Of a DNA stretch of 27,427 nt, positions 16,976 to 25,448 are shown piece by piece. Each line of letters begins with the position of its first letter. The stretch's first letter is position 1. The notes under the pieces are model-generated. The model had not been told where the DNA came from, did not search any database, and saw only the letters and a program-made list of their open reading frames with translations. This DNA is from a virus (lineage: Duplodnaviria > Caudoviricetes): positions 1 to 27,427 of IMG/VR virus record IMGVR_UViG_3300003086_000118; one strand, 5' to 3'. A program made the position numbers and the translations under genes.

Positions 16976-17523
16976 TGAAATTAATTTACTTAATAGGAAT
17001 GCCAGGAACAGGTAAGTCAACGGTTATGAAATCGTTTATGTCTAATTATAAATGGACCCAGCAAAAGGCATACGAACTCTTAGATACTCATATTTCAGAC
17101 GGAATTAGAGTTTTGGGTAAGTATGAAGAGGGTGAAACGTTTAGTGGAACAGATAGACTATCTATGGCAGTTGCACCTAAAGCAATTGAGTGGATATCTA
17201 AGACCCCAGACGAGGTTATTATCGGAGAGGGTGATAGGTTAAACAATAAAGCATTCTTTGAAAAGGCAAAGGAACTTGGGGAACTTCATATTATTAAATT
17301 GACTGTATCTGACGAAGAAAGAAAACGTAGATACGAAGAAAGAGGTAGTAATCAAAGTGATAAGTTTATTCAAACAGTTGCTACTAAATGTAAAAATATA
17401 TCTGAACACTTCGGTGACCAACAAACACTGTTTGGTTTTGAAGAAGGAAACGTGATAGTGATGCCCCATGAGTCGAAGGAAGATACTCAAAAAGTTGTTG
17501 ATAAAATTTTAGATTTAATTTAA
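16972..17523 (+). CDS. P-loop kinase, probable 5-hydroxymethylpyrimidine DNA kinase
   Basis: GMPGTGKST, LGKY, GTDRLS, EGDRL; context. Confidence 0.8.
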   Translation: MMKLIYLIGMPGTGKSTVMKSFMSNYKWTQQKAYELLDTHISDGIRVLGKYEEGETFSGTDRLSMAVAPKAIEWISKTPDEVIIGEGDRLNNKAFFEKAKELGELHIIKLTVSDEERKRRYEERGSNQSDKFIQTVATKCKNISEHFGDQQTLFGFEEGNVIVMPHESKEDTQKVVDKILDLI

Positions 17524-17531
17524 TTTATTAC

Positions 17532-17560
17532 TTTACTTTCCCCCAAAATAGAGGTATAAT
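17532..17560 (+). promoter_or_regulatory. Early promoter TTTACT-17-TATAAT, leaderless
   Basis: ATG 6 nt after the -10 box. Confidence 0.8.
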
Positions 17561-17566
17561 ATAGGT

Positions 17567-18145
17567 ATGAATGAAAAATATAAAATAATTGATAACTTCT
17601 TAGATCCAGGGTATTATAATTTAATAGAATCTGTTTTTCTTGGAAATGAAGCGGGAGTAAAATGGCATTATCAAGATGATATGTCTGGTCACGACGATGG
17701 TGTCATTAGTCAAGGATTTAGTCATTCTATATGGTATGATAATGCTCAAGATTCGGAATATTATCCTATATTGCTTCCTATGATAGAAAGAATAAAATAT
17801 ATGTTAGGGAATAATTATTGCTACAGGTTAGTATCATTTATGACCTTACAAAATGGAAGCAAAAGAAATCACGCCCATCATGTAGATATGCCTGGAATTA
17901 AACATACTTCTGTTATATATTATTTGAATGATAGCGATGGAGATACTATAATATATAATGAAGAATGTCCAGTAGGGAGCAGAGAGCGACCAGCATTAGA
18001 AGATTTAAATGAATATAAAAGAATCACTCCAAAAGCAAATAGATTATTAGTATTTCAAGGGAATCATTGGCACTCAAGTGAATCGCCAGTAGTTTCACAT
18101 AGAAGAGTAATTTTTAATATGAATTTTGGAGACACTCAAATTTAA
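17567..18145 (+). CDS. 2OG-Fe(II) oxygenase (prolyl-hydroxylase-like)
   Basis: IIDNFL, HVD, IYYLNDSDGDT, PKANRLLVF, HSS, R.IFNMNF. Confidence 0.9.
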   Translation: MNEKYKIIDNFLDPGYYNLIESVFLGNEAGVKWHYQDDMSGHDDGVISQGFSHSIWYDNAQDSEYYPILLPMIERIKYMLGNNYCYRLVSFMTLQNGSKRNHAHHVDMPGIKHTSVIYYLNDSDGDTIIYNEECPVGSRERPALEDLNEYKRITPKANRLLVFQGNHWHSSESPVVSHRRVIFNMNFGDTQI

Positions 18146-18163
18146 TAACAAAGGGGAAAGGAA

Positions 18164-18625
18164 ATGTGGAACCACGATTGTAAAGTAGAAAGAACCGTAA
18201 TGATGGTTGAAGATGGCAAAGAATGTAATTGGTGCGGTAGAGAATTACGTGATGAAACATCTGAGTTTGGCAAATTAGGACCAAACGAATTTCCAGACGA
18301 TGAATTAGAAACATTATCTGAGTTCGATATAGAAGATGAGATTATGAACGAAAATAGCATTGAAAATATTGAAGTAACAGACAACCCAGACGGTTCTGCT
18401 AATATCACTATGGACATAGATGAGTTTGCGCAAAAAGCATTGATGAAACAAGGGTTGCAATACCTTATTGATGAGATGAAAATGCATGACGAAATTCTCG
18501 TTCTAGAACCAAATGAATTTACTGGTGAAGCAAAGAATTGGGAATTATCTGATGATGACCGAAACGCATTATTCCACTTTGGATTTATTCATGCTTTGAA
18601 AATGGGAATGGGTAATCAATCATGA
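18164..18625 (+). CDS. Acidic hypothetical protein with N-terminal HxC...CxxC metal-binding motif
   Basis: ORF track; HDC...CNWC. Confidence 0.65.
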   Translation: MWNHDCKVERTVMMVEDGKECNWCGRELRDETSEFGKLGPNEFPDDELETLSEFDIEDEIMNENSIENIEVTDNPDGSANITMDIDEFAQKALMKQGLQYLIDEMKMHDEILVLEPNEFTGEAKNWELSDDDRNALFHFGFIHALKMGMGNQS

Positions 18626-18795
18626 TGAAGTGGTTGTGGTATTCTGGTGTTTGGATTACTTTAATAGTAAATCCGTTTCATTGGGATTTTAGATGGGAAG
18701 TCATCAAAGATGAAGAATTGGGTAGAATTGATACTTTAGAGTTACAGTTTTTATGCATCAATATCAGAGTAATACTTGATGATGGCAAATGGTAA
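18622..18795 (+). CDS. Trp-rich small protein (57 aa)
   Basis: Manual translation MMKWLWYSGVW...DDGKW; ATGA overlap. Confidence 0.6.
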   Translation: MMKWLWYSGVWITLIVNPFHWDFRWEVIKDEELGRIDTLELQFLCINIRVILDDGKW

Positions 18796-19310
18796 ATAAT
18801 AAAGGGGTAAGAAATGGGTTTTGAATTTGGATTGTTCGTGGTAGTTTTTGTAGGGTTCTTCTTCATGGTTGGTTATGAAATGGGAAGAAAGTGAAGTATT
18901 GGTCTTGTGAAGGAAAGACCTTATGGAACATTATACTATTCAGTGTAGTGGTATCAACTTTATTATTGCTATTCATTGCACATTAGGGAGGAGTATGAAA
19001 AACGTATCAGATTCATTAGATGAAATTATTAAACTAATTCTAGAATTGGAAAAGAAACTAGATAAAGTAATTGAAAAGAAGGATAACAAATGGACATTGA
19101 AAGACAAATCAGAGTAGATAGGAGATAGGATGACAAAACTAAAAGATAAGATTTATGATTGGACAAGTGAGAAATGGCACAACACTCATAATTGGAAAAC
19201 TGGAACTGGAAGATATCTTAAACGTATTATGAATCGAAAGATTAGACACGACAAAATAGATTTAGACGCAGAGAAGTATAAATTCGACCAAATATTTAAA
19301 AAGGATTAAG

Positions 19311-19598
19311 ATGAGTGACAATGTAATTAAAATGAAATTCAATAAAGTGACTAAGGTAAGTGCAGAGTGGTGCGGACCATGTAAACAATATGCTCCTATT
19401 TTTGAAGGTTTTATTCCTAGTATCGAAGACGAGTGGAATATCGGATATGCTGATATTGATACACCAGAGGGTAGTGCGTTTGCAGAGAAACATGGCATTC
19501 GTGGAGTACCAGCAACGGTAATTGAAAGACAAGGTAAAGAACCTGAAGTCATAATGGGAATGAGAAACGAGCAACAATTGATTGAATTATTTTCGTAA
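19311..19598 (+). CDS. trxA: Thioredoxin
   Basis: AEWCGPCK active site, GIRGVP. Confidence 0.92.
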   Translation: MSDNVIKMKFNKVTKVSAEWCGPCKQYAPIFEGFIPSIEDEWNIGYADIDTPEGSAFAEKHGIRGVPATVIERQGKEPEVIMGMRNEQQLIELFS

Positions 19599-19614
19599 AT
19601 AAGTTAAATATCGC

Positions 19615-19643
19615 TTTACTTTTGGGCAAAACTAGGGTATAAT
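19615..19643 (+). promoter_or_regulatory. Early promoter TTTACT-17-TATAAT
   Basis: Motif family. Confidence 0.75.
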
Positions 19644-19668
19644 AGGTACTATAAAAGATTGAAATTAT

Positions 19669-20226
19669 ATGAATAAGAAATTAATTAAAGAAGCAAGTTT
19701 GTACGCCGCAGAAGCACATAGTGGTCAGTTTCGTAAAGGAGGAAAAAACATCCCTTACATTACTCACCCTGTGGCAGTTATGAAAATAACTAAAGAAATG
19801 GGTGGTAGCGTTGAGGCGCAAATAGCATCCGTTCTACATGACGTAGTTGAAGACTGTGGGGGTTATACTATGGAAGATATATCTATCCATTTTGGTACAG
19901 CCATCGCCCTCCTAGTTGATTATGTTAGTGAGTCAGACAAAAGCCTGCCTTGGAAAGTAAGAAAAGTGCGATATATTGACCGTTTACATGAAGCACCATT
20001 TGATGCTGTTCTAGTAAGTGCTTCTGATAAATTACACAACTTGCGTTGTACGGAGAAGGACTTTGAGACTGAGGGTAAAGAAACTTTCAGCATGTTCAAT
20101 AGTTCTGCTGACCACCAGTTTTGGTTTTATGAGTCGTTAATTGAGATTTATAAAGAACATGGTTTGTTCAAAATCACGGATGAGATGGAAACTATTTTAG
20201 TAAAAGTTAAAAAAGTTTTCATATAA
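19669..20226 (+). CDS. HD-domain small alarmone hydrolase (SpoT-HD/Mesh1-like)
   Basis: AHSGQFRK, PYITHP, LHDVVED, DKLHN motifs; no synthetase domain. Confidence 0.9.
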   Translation: MNKKLIKEASLYAAEAHSGQFRKGGKNIPYITHPVAVMKITKEMGGSVEAQIASVLHDVVEDCGGYTMEDISIHFGTAIALLVDYVSESDKSLPWKVRKVRYIDRLHEAPFDAVLVSASDKLHNLRCTEKDFETEGKETFSMFNSSADHQFWFYESLIEIYKEHGLFKITDEMETILVKVKKVFI

Positions 20227-20229
20227 ATA
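20222..20229 (+). promoter_or_regulatory. T4-type late promoter TATAAATA
   Basis: Exact consensus at a gene boundary. Confidence 0.7.
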
Positions 20230-20340
20230 AATTCAGTTGTCTAGAAAATAGACACTATATCGGTGGTCACCAACAGGGATGGGATGCCGAACAACCGTAA
20301 TGTTGTCAAACTATTTTTTTAATAATAAGAGGTAAGAGGT

Positions 20341-20562
20341 ATGTTAGATAAGATCGTAGGATGGATGAAAGGCGCAACGGAAGCTGGTGTGGCATTAATC
20401 GCATTAGCAATTGTATTACAAGTTATTTTTGGTGGTACTGTTCCGTTTATTGGTGGCGACATCATCGGTACAATTACAGGCATTGTTGCACAGTTAGGTG
20501 CAGCCGGTTTAGTTGGTTTAATTGCCGCTGCCATTTTGTATAAAATCTTTAATAAAGACTAA
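20341..20562 (+). CDS. Small Gly/Ala-rich membrane protein
   Basis: ORF track; GAGGT SD; two to three hydrophobic helices. Confidence 0.8.
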   Translation: MLDKIVGWMKGATEAGVALIALAIVLQVIFGGTVPFIGGDIIGTITGIVAQLGAAGLVGLIAAAILYKIFNKD

Positions 20563-20569
20563 TATATAA

Positions 20570-20812
20570 TGTTCTAGAGTCCACTTAAAACATGGGCAGG
20601 TTTTTCTAGTATCTTTCCTCATAAGACAATAAGATACTTCTAAATTTTTGAAAGCACGGGCGTCATGTTGGCTGTTTATTTCAGTTACCTCCTGCCTTTT
20701 TAGCACTTTGAGAGTAGTGTGAGTGCGGTAAACTCTCCTTGAATTCTTAACGACTTCATCAATGAAGACATTATTTCCCCCGATAGTGTCTTCTTTGATG
20801 AGGTTGTTTTTA
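20570..20812 (+). ncRNA. Candidate structured non-coding RNA
   Basis: Multiple stems, a possible H-type pseudoknot and a 26-bp hairpin with G-U pairs on the + strand. Confidence 0.5.
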
Positions 20813-20895
20813 TATACAAAAAAACCGTTATGCGAGTAACAAGAACAACATAGCCACGAATAATAAAATAATAACCAAATACCTGTAAGAGTTGT

Positions 20896-20903
20896 TATAA
20901 ATA
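20896..20903 (+). promoter_or_regulatory. T4-type late promoter upstream of hsp20
   Basis: TATAAATA in intergenic DNA. Confidence 0.7.
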
Positions 20904-20949
20904 TTATCGAAGACTTTATCGTTCTGTAATCATATTTGATTCACTCGTA

Positions 20950-21057
20950 GGAAGTTTACGGTCTTCCACCTATTTGATAATGCCGAAAGGGTTATCAATA
21001 AGACGTGATACTGATAACAGGTCACACAACTACAACTCGCTTAATAGGAGAAATATT
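20950..21057 (+). promoter_or_regulatory. ROSE-like RNA thermometer leader of hsp20
   Basis: CTCGCT-TAAT-AGGAG hairpin with bulged G sequesters the SD; three upstream hairpins. Confidence 0.7.
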
Positions 21058-21507
21058 ATGCAAAACAATATGAGGGCATTCGACCCATTTTTTAATCAGT
21101 CATTAGGACTGGAAAATATCTTTAATTCTTTACAAGAATTTCAAAAACCAAATTCCAAATACCCACCTTACAATATCGTAAAGGGGCCAAATAGTTATGC
21201 GATTCAGTTTGCATTAGCAGGATGGAGAATGGACGAACTATCTATCAATATCGAAAAGAATGTCTTAACCGTCAGAGGTGATAAAGACTATTCTATTAAA
21301 AGCGATGAAGATCAGTTTGTGCATCAGGGAATATCAGAACGTTCATTTATTCAACAGTTTACAATCGGTGACAGAGTATTCATCAATGATGCTACATTAA
21401 ATAATGGTATGCTGGAGATTAATATGGGTGTGACTATTCCTGATGAAGAGAAACCTATTAATATTCCAATCAATTCACAACCTGAATTGTTAATGGAAAA
21501 TAGTTAA
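21058..21507 (+). CDS. hsp20: Small heat-shock protein (IbpA/Hsp20 family)
   Basis: YPPYNIVK, ALAGW, HQGISERSF, LNNGMLEI, IPDEEKP; SD supports 21058 rather than 20974. Confidence 0.95.
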   Translation: MQNNMRAFDPFFNQSLGLENIFNSLQEFQKPNSKYPPYNIVKGPNSYAIQFALAGWRMDELSINIEKNVLTVRGDKDYSIKSDEDQFVHQGISERSFIQQFTIGDRVFINDATLNNGMLEINMGVTIPDEEKPINIPINSQPELLMENS

Positions 21508-21518
21508 TCTTCGACCTC

Positions 21519-21541
21519 GGTCACTCCATCAGTGGGTGACC
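21519..21541. terminator. Hairpin at convergent junction, possible terminator
   Basis: GGTCAC/GTGACC plus CCA/TGG stem; weak U-tract. Confidence 0.4.
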
Positions 21542-21777
21542 ACCCTTTCGTTTAATCTATCGCAGATATATAATCCACTTACCAAATCGCAAGCGAATAC
21601 AAATTCTCTTTGTTTAATATTTGGAACATCAAACACAACAGGTTCTTTCACGACCGTTTTTATGGGCGCGGACGTTAATGTCGTACATGATGTAATTACT
21701 GAGGCAAACGTTAAGAATGCCATTGAGTAGAATATAGGTTTAGAAAACCATACCGACTCTCGTTTTTTCTTTTTCAT
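21529..21777 (-). CDS. Putative lipoprotein
   Basis: Basic N-terminus, hydrophobic stretch, ITSC lipobox-like. Confidence 0.55.
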   Translation of the reverse strand: MKKKKRESVWFSKPIFYSMAFLTFASVITSCTTLTSAPIKTVVKEPVVFDVPNIKQREFVFACDLVSGLYICDRLNERVVTH

Positions 21778-21864
21778 TCACTTTGCTCATATTATGTGTT
21801 GCTTCGTAACGTAATTCTTTTCTTTCCTTACGTCTTTTTTTTGCTTTTGCTTTACTTTTACTCA

Positions 21865-22374
21865 TTATTCGTCTATTACAATTCCCATTTCTTCGTATTC
21901 TTCTTTTAACCACTCAAGTTCTAACTCTCTATCTTTAGTATATAGGTCTTCAATATCTTGTGGTATTTCAATCTCACCCATTGCTGCTTCATCTTCTACT
22001 ACTTCTTTATCAGTCTCAGCAACTTCTAAATCACTATGGTCTGATAATAAGCAATGATAAAGTTCATGTCCCATAATTGCCATTGCTTCACGGTCGTCCC
22101 AAATCTTTGCTGGAATAATATGAATAAAACAAACATCTTGACTCGGAGCAACCACAGCGAAACCACGTACACCAGAACCCTCAGGCATTGGTTCTTCAGA
22201 AGCACCGTTAAACGCTTCGTCTAATTTCCTTTGAACTTCAATTGTATCATCAGGACCGTACTTCATTAGATCAAAATCATCTAATGCATTAGCAGTGTTC
22301 GAAACTACGATTAATAATGATAATGCCATCCATGTAGCCACGGCTATTGCTATTCCTTTTAACGAGTCTATCAT
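21865..22374 (-). CDS. Exported zincin-like metallopeptidase domain protein
   Basis: Signal peptide ending ANA; GHELYH (HExxH). Confidence 0.65.
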   Translation of the reverse strand: MIDSLKGIAIAVATWMALSLLIVVSNTANALDDFDLMKYGPDDTIEVQRKLDEAFNGASEEPMPEGSGVRGFAVVAPSQDVCFIHIIPAKIWDDREAMAIMGHELYHCLLSDHSDLEVAETDKEVVEDEAAMGEIEIPQDIEDLYTKDRELELEWLKEEYEEMGIVIDE

Positions 22375-22415
22375 ATCCTTACTTCTCCTCAGTTGTTTTA
22401 TTATTATTGTTATTT

Positions 22416-22423
22416 TATTTATA
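22416..22423 (-). promoter_or_regulatory. T4-type late promoter (minus strand)
   Basis: TATTTATA on + strand in intergenic gap. Confidence 0.7.
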
Positions 22424-22451
22424 AAGATGTTTTAAGGTTCGATTAGACCTA

Positions 22452-22655
22452 TTATGCCAAATACCACCACGTTGGCACAATCACAAAAACTACAAATATC
22501 CCAAAAAACCATAGGATTATGTATGCAATTATTGCTAGTTTGCACCACGTCCATGACGTGAAACAAGTTTTAGATGCCAAACAATGTGTTAAACAATAAT
22601 GCGCCTTCCGAGGAAAGTATAAAATTGCCTTTATCATCCAATATATTACACTCAT
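22452..22655 (-). CDS. Small membrane protein
   Basis: ORF track; likely start MSVIYW coupled to an upstream small ORF. Confidence 0.55.
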   Translation of the reverse strand: MSVIYWMIKAILYFPRKAHYCLTHCLASKTCFTSWTWCKLAIIAYIILWFFGIFVVFVIVPTWWYLA

Positions 22656-22927
22656 GACGTTCCCATCATTAGTAACACCGAGCCTAAAAACCATATTGCT
22701 GATATTAATATCACCACTATGCAATTCACGCATCGAAACTTATTCATCGGACTGTTCTAACTATCGAATTAGTGTCACTAAAAAATGATAGTATAATAGA
22801 CTTCTTTGCGAATACATCTTGTGCAAATAATATTGCTAAAAATATTATTGTTACATAGACGCAAGCTGATTTTTCTTCTGTGTTCATAGTTCCTCCTATT
22901 TGAACACATCATATAGATTTCAATTTG

Positions 22928-23467
22928 TTATTTTATAGACGATTTCCAATCGGCACCAACTTTACGATGTCCTTTCCAAGCAAGGAAACCACCAAGTCTT
23001 AATGCCCAATAAGCAATAACGTTGATTGTTCTAAAACCATTAACGTCAATGTTAATATCTCTAAATGTTATATCCATTTCCTTTTGCGTTTTAAGTCCGT
23101 TACAGTTTTTACATCCTTTCTTTAATAGGGTTTGATACTTATACCCATAGTCATGGATTAAACCACCAATCAATAATACTCCGTCAAATACAAATCCCTT
23201 AGGAATTATTAATTCTTCTCCATTAATTGAGTAGTGGAAGTCTTTTGTTATTTCCCAAGTGCGTGTGACCATAATCCAAATCCATACACCTTTCCAAAAC
23301 CCCTTACCTTTGGTTGGAATTCCAATTGGTTTCATATTTGGCATTTCTGTAATTCTGAAATCAATAGGTTCGTGTCTTTCGGCACTAATCAATGCTATAA
23401 TGTATGATATAAAAATTAGTATTGCTACTAAACTAAATTGCCAATATTGAATTGCTAAATCCATCAT
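22928..23467 (-). CDS. DUF1353-like protein (apparent internal deletion)
   Basis: IPKGFVFDG, IHDYGY, D..FRD, ALRLGG; usual ASIP segment missing. Confidence 0.75.
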   Translation of the reverse strand: MMDLAIQYWQFSLVAILIFISYIIALISAERHEPIDFRITEMPNMKPIGIPTKGKGFWKGVWIWIMVTRTWEITKDFHYSINGEELIIPKGFVFDGVLLIGGLIHDYGYKYQTLLKKGCKNCNGLKTQKEMDITFRDINIDVNGFRTINVIAYWALRLGGFLAWKGHRKVGADWKSSIK

Positions 23468-23904
23468 CTTCTCCTACTAACAGCACCAGTTCCAAAATAG
23501 AATCCTAGTACATTTAAAATAGCATATGGTAACCATTCAGGTGTTACTACACCAGCTAACACTTTCCATTCGTCTGTTGTCCAAGTGAAGTCAAATAACC
23601 ATAATTTAAAACCATGGGTTGCTTCGTATAATACGTTTGTTGGTTGATTGAATAATATAGGTGCGATGAGTATAAATGCCGCCATACACATTAGTGACAT
23701 GACAATAAATTTACGTGCCCAATTTGCTGATGGGGTATTATATTCCCTAGCAGATTTACGAGATTTTTCTTCTTTGTTAAGAAGCTTTAGAGTCATCATG
23801 TTGCGGTCTCGCTCATCTTGTCGAGCATCCGCCTTCATTTTCATATATCCACCTAATAAGGTGGATGCTAACATTGATATAACTTCTAAAGGTATTCCAA
23901 ACAT
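23464..23904 (-). CDS. Membrane protein, holin-like
   Basis: Hydrophobic segments, C-terminal GFYFG plus basic tail, late transcription unit. Confidence 0.5.
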   Translation of the reverse strand: MFGIPLEVISMLASTLLGGYMKMKADARQDERDRNMMTLKLLNKEEKSRKSAREYNTPSANWARKFIVMSLMCMAAFILIAPILFNQPTNVLYEATHGFKLWLFDFTWTTDEWKVLAGVVTPEWLPYAILNVLGFYFGTGAVSRRR

Positions 23905-24791
23905 TAACTAATGGTAAATTCCATCAACATTTCTCTACCAGTTGTTGATAATGGATTTACTACTGTTGCGTATCGATTTAGAATACCGATATTTTCTTGG
24001 AAAGATTCTACAAATGTAGATCTTAAAATTTCTTGTTGATAATCACCTACAATGATAGAAGAAGCTGCAATAGACTTCTTATCGTGGTCAGCAAGACCTA
24101 CATATACTTTAGTTGCTGTTGTATCTGGGTTTACATAAAATATTGTTTTACCTATCTTGCTAACAATAAGACGTTTTTCGTTTTCATCTTTTGCACCAAT
24201 ATAAGTTTGAAGTGCAGATATGCTTGCAGCGTATTTGTATGGAAGAATAGCAAATGCTTCATATGTACGGAAATCAGGAGTGTTCATTTTCAATACTAAT
24301 TCTTGTACACGTTGAGTAAGTTCAAATAAAGTTTGTTCTGCACTAGCAGGAGTAGTTAAAACCAAAGCAGTTGTATTTAATGAGTTTGTATTAAGGAATG
24401 TAATCAAAGCGTCATTTTCTGCTTTATCGACAATACCTCGTAATAAAGCACCAGCGTAATCATATGCACTTTCATTATATTGTCTGAATAGGTCATGTAT
24501 AACTTCTACAGAAAGACCAGACGCCAAAGGTGTAGCAGATACATCATTTACAGTCATTGTACTTTCAACCGTTTCAAATGAATTAGTAACACCGTTTCTA
24601 CGAATATTAATAACCGAACCAGTCGACATTTTCATCGGAACTACCGCTGCTATACTTCTAAGAATAGAAGTTGTTGGTAATTCTTGAAAGGTGTCTATAA
24701 CCTTATTAAAACTAAAATCTGCAGTTCCGATGTCAGCGTGAGTTGTTTTTTCGATTAGTTGATGTTCCATGATTTTCCTATTCCTGGTCAA
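23904..24791 (-). CDS. gp23/gp24-family capsid (vertex-like) paralogue
   Basis: IAAVVPMKMSTGSVINIR, LSVEVIHDL...LLRGIVDKAENDAL and NRYATVVNPL resemble T4 gp23 segments; late promoter upstream. Confidence 0.75.
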   Translation of the reverse strand: MTRNRKIMEHQLIEKTTHADIGTADFSFNKVIDTFQELPTTSILRSIAAVVPMKMSTGSVINIRRNGVTNSFETVESTMTVNDVSATPLASGLSVEVIHDLFRQYNESAYDYAGALLRGIVDKAENDALITFLNTNSLNTTALVLTTPASAEQTLFELTQRVQELVLKMNTPDFRTYEAFAILPYKYAASISALQTYIGAKDENEKRLIVSKIGKTIFYVNPDTTATKVYVGLADHDKKSIAASSIIVGDYQQEILRSTFVESFQENIGILNRYATVVNPLSTTGREMLMEFTIS

Positions 24792-24807
24792 TTGCTTATA
24801 ATGTTAA

Positions 24808-24815
24808 TATTTATA
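24808..24815 (-). promoter_or_regulatory. T4-type late promoter (minus strand)
   Basis: TATTTATA on + strand, back-to-back with an early promoter. Confidence 0.75.
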
Positions 24816-24820
24816 ACGCC

Positions 24821-24849
24821 TTTACTTTTAACTTAAAGTAGGGTATAAT
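24821..24849 (+). promoter_or_regulatory. Early promoter TTTACT-17-TATAAT
   Basis: Motif family. Confidence 0.8.
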
Positions 24850-24879
24850 ATAGGTATATTAACTAAAAGGAGAAGGACT

Positions 24880-25152
24880 ATGATGCCATCCAACCCAGCA
24901 GATCTTAAAAAGATTGATGCGTCGCTACAAATAATTTCAGATTCTAAAACTAGAATTGAAGCAGAACAAGAACACATTAAAGAAGTGGTAGAATCCATTT
25001 ATGATGATTTTCAATTACCAAAGAAGTTAATCAGACAACTTGCTAAAGTATGGCATATGAGAAACTATGCTGAAGAAGTGACGCAACAAGAAGATTTCCA
25101 AGAAGCATATGAAGCACTAACTGCTGTTAATAATAAATTAGAAACCATATAA
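24880..25152 (+). CDS. dsbA: T4 DsbA-like double-stranded DNA-binding protein
   Basis: ISDSKTRIEAE..HIKE...F.LPKK.IRQLAK..H pattern; upstream of gp33/gp59 as in T4. Confidence 0.8.
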   Translation: MMPSNPADLKKIDASLQIISDSKTRIEAEQEHIKEVVESIYDDFQLPKKLIRQLAKVWHMRNYAEEVTQQEDFQEAYEALTAVNNKLETI

Positions 25153-25228
25153 TTAAAGTGTTATTCTTTTACCTTAATGAACAAAACTAGGGTATAATAC
25201 GTAGTATATTAAATAATAAAAGGAGTTA
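25152..25228 (+). repeat. Early promoter/RBS cassette copy B2
   Basis: Matches 6281-6363. Confidence 0.9.
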
Positions 25229-25232
25229 AGAA

Positions 25233-25448
25233 ATGTCTAACACAATGAAAATTACATTAGCAACAAGTGGTGATATTACCTTTGGTAAAACAGACGAGGG
25301 TAACGTTGTTACGTTTAAAGATAAAGTCCTTGCAACAGGATACTTTGATTTTTATGCTGACGGTTGGTATTTGTCTGCTAAAAACGTTGAAACATTCTTT
25401 AGTGGTACAGCACAAGACGTTGCTGACTTATTTGCAGGAGCAAAATAA
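25233..25448 (+). CDS. Hypothetical early protein
   Basis: ORF track; cassette SD. Confidence 0.75.
   Translation: MSNTMKITLATSGDITFGKTDEGNVVTFKDKVLATGYFDFYADGWYLSAKNVETFFSGTAQDVADLFAGAK

Noticed and set aside
20974-21057. Longer hsp20 start from the ORF track
   Set aside because: Region is the structured leader; the SD precedes 21058
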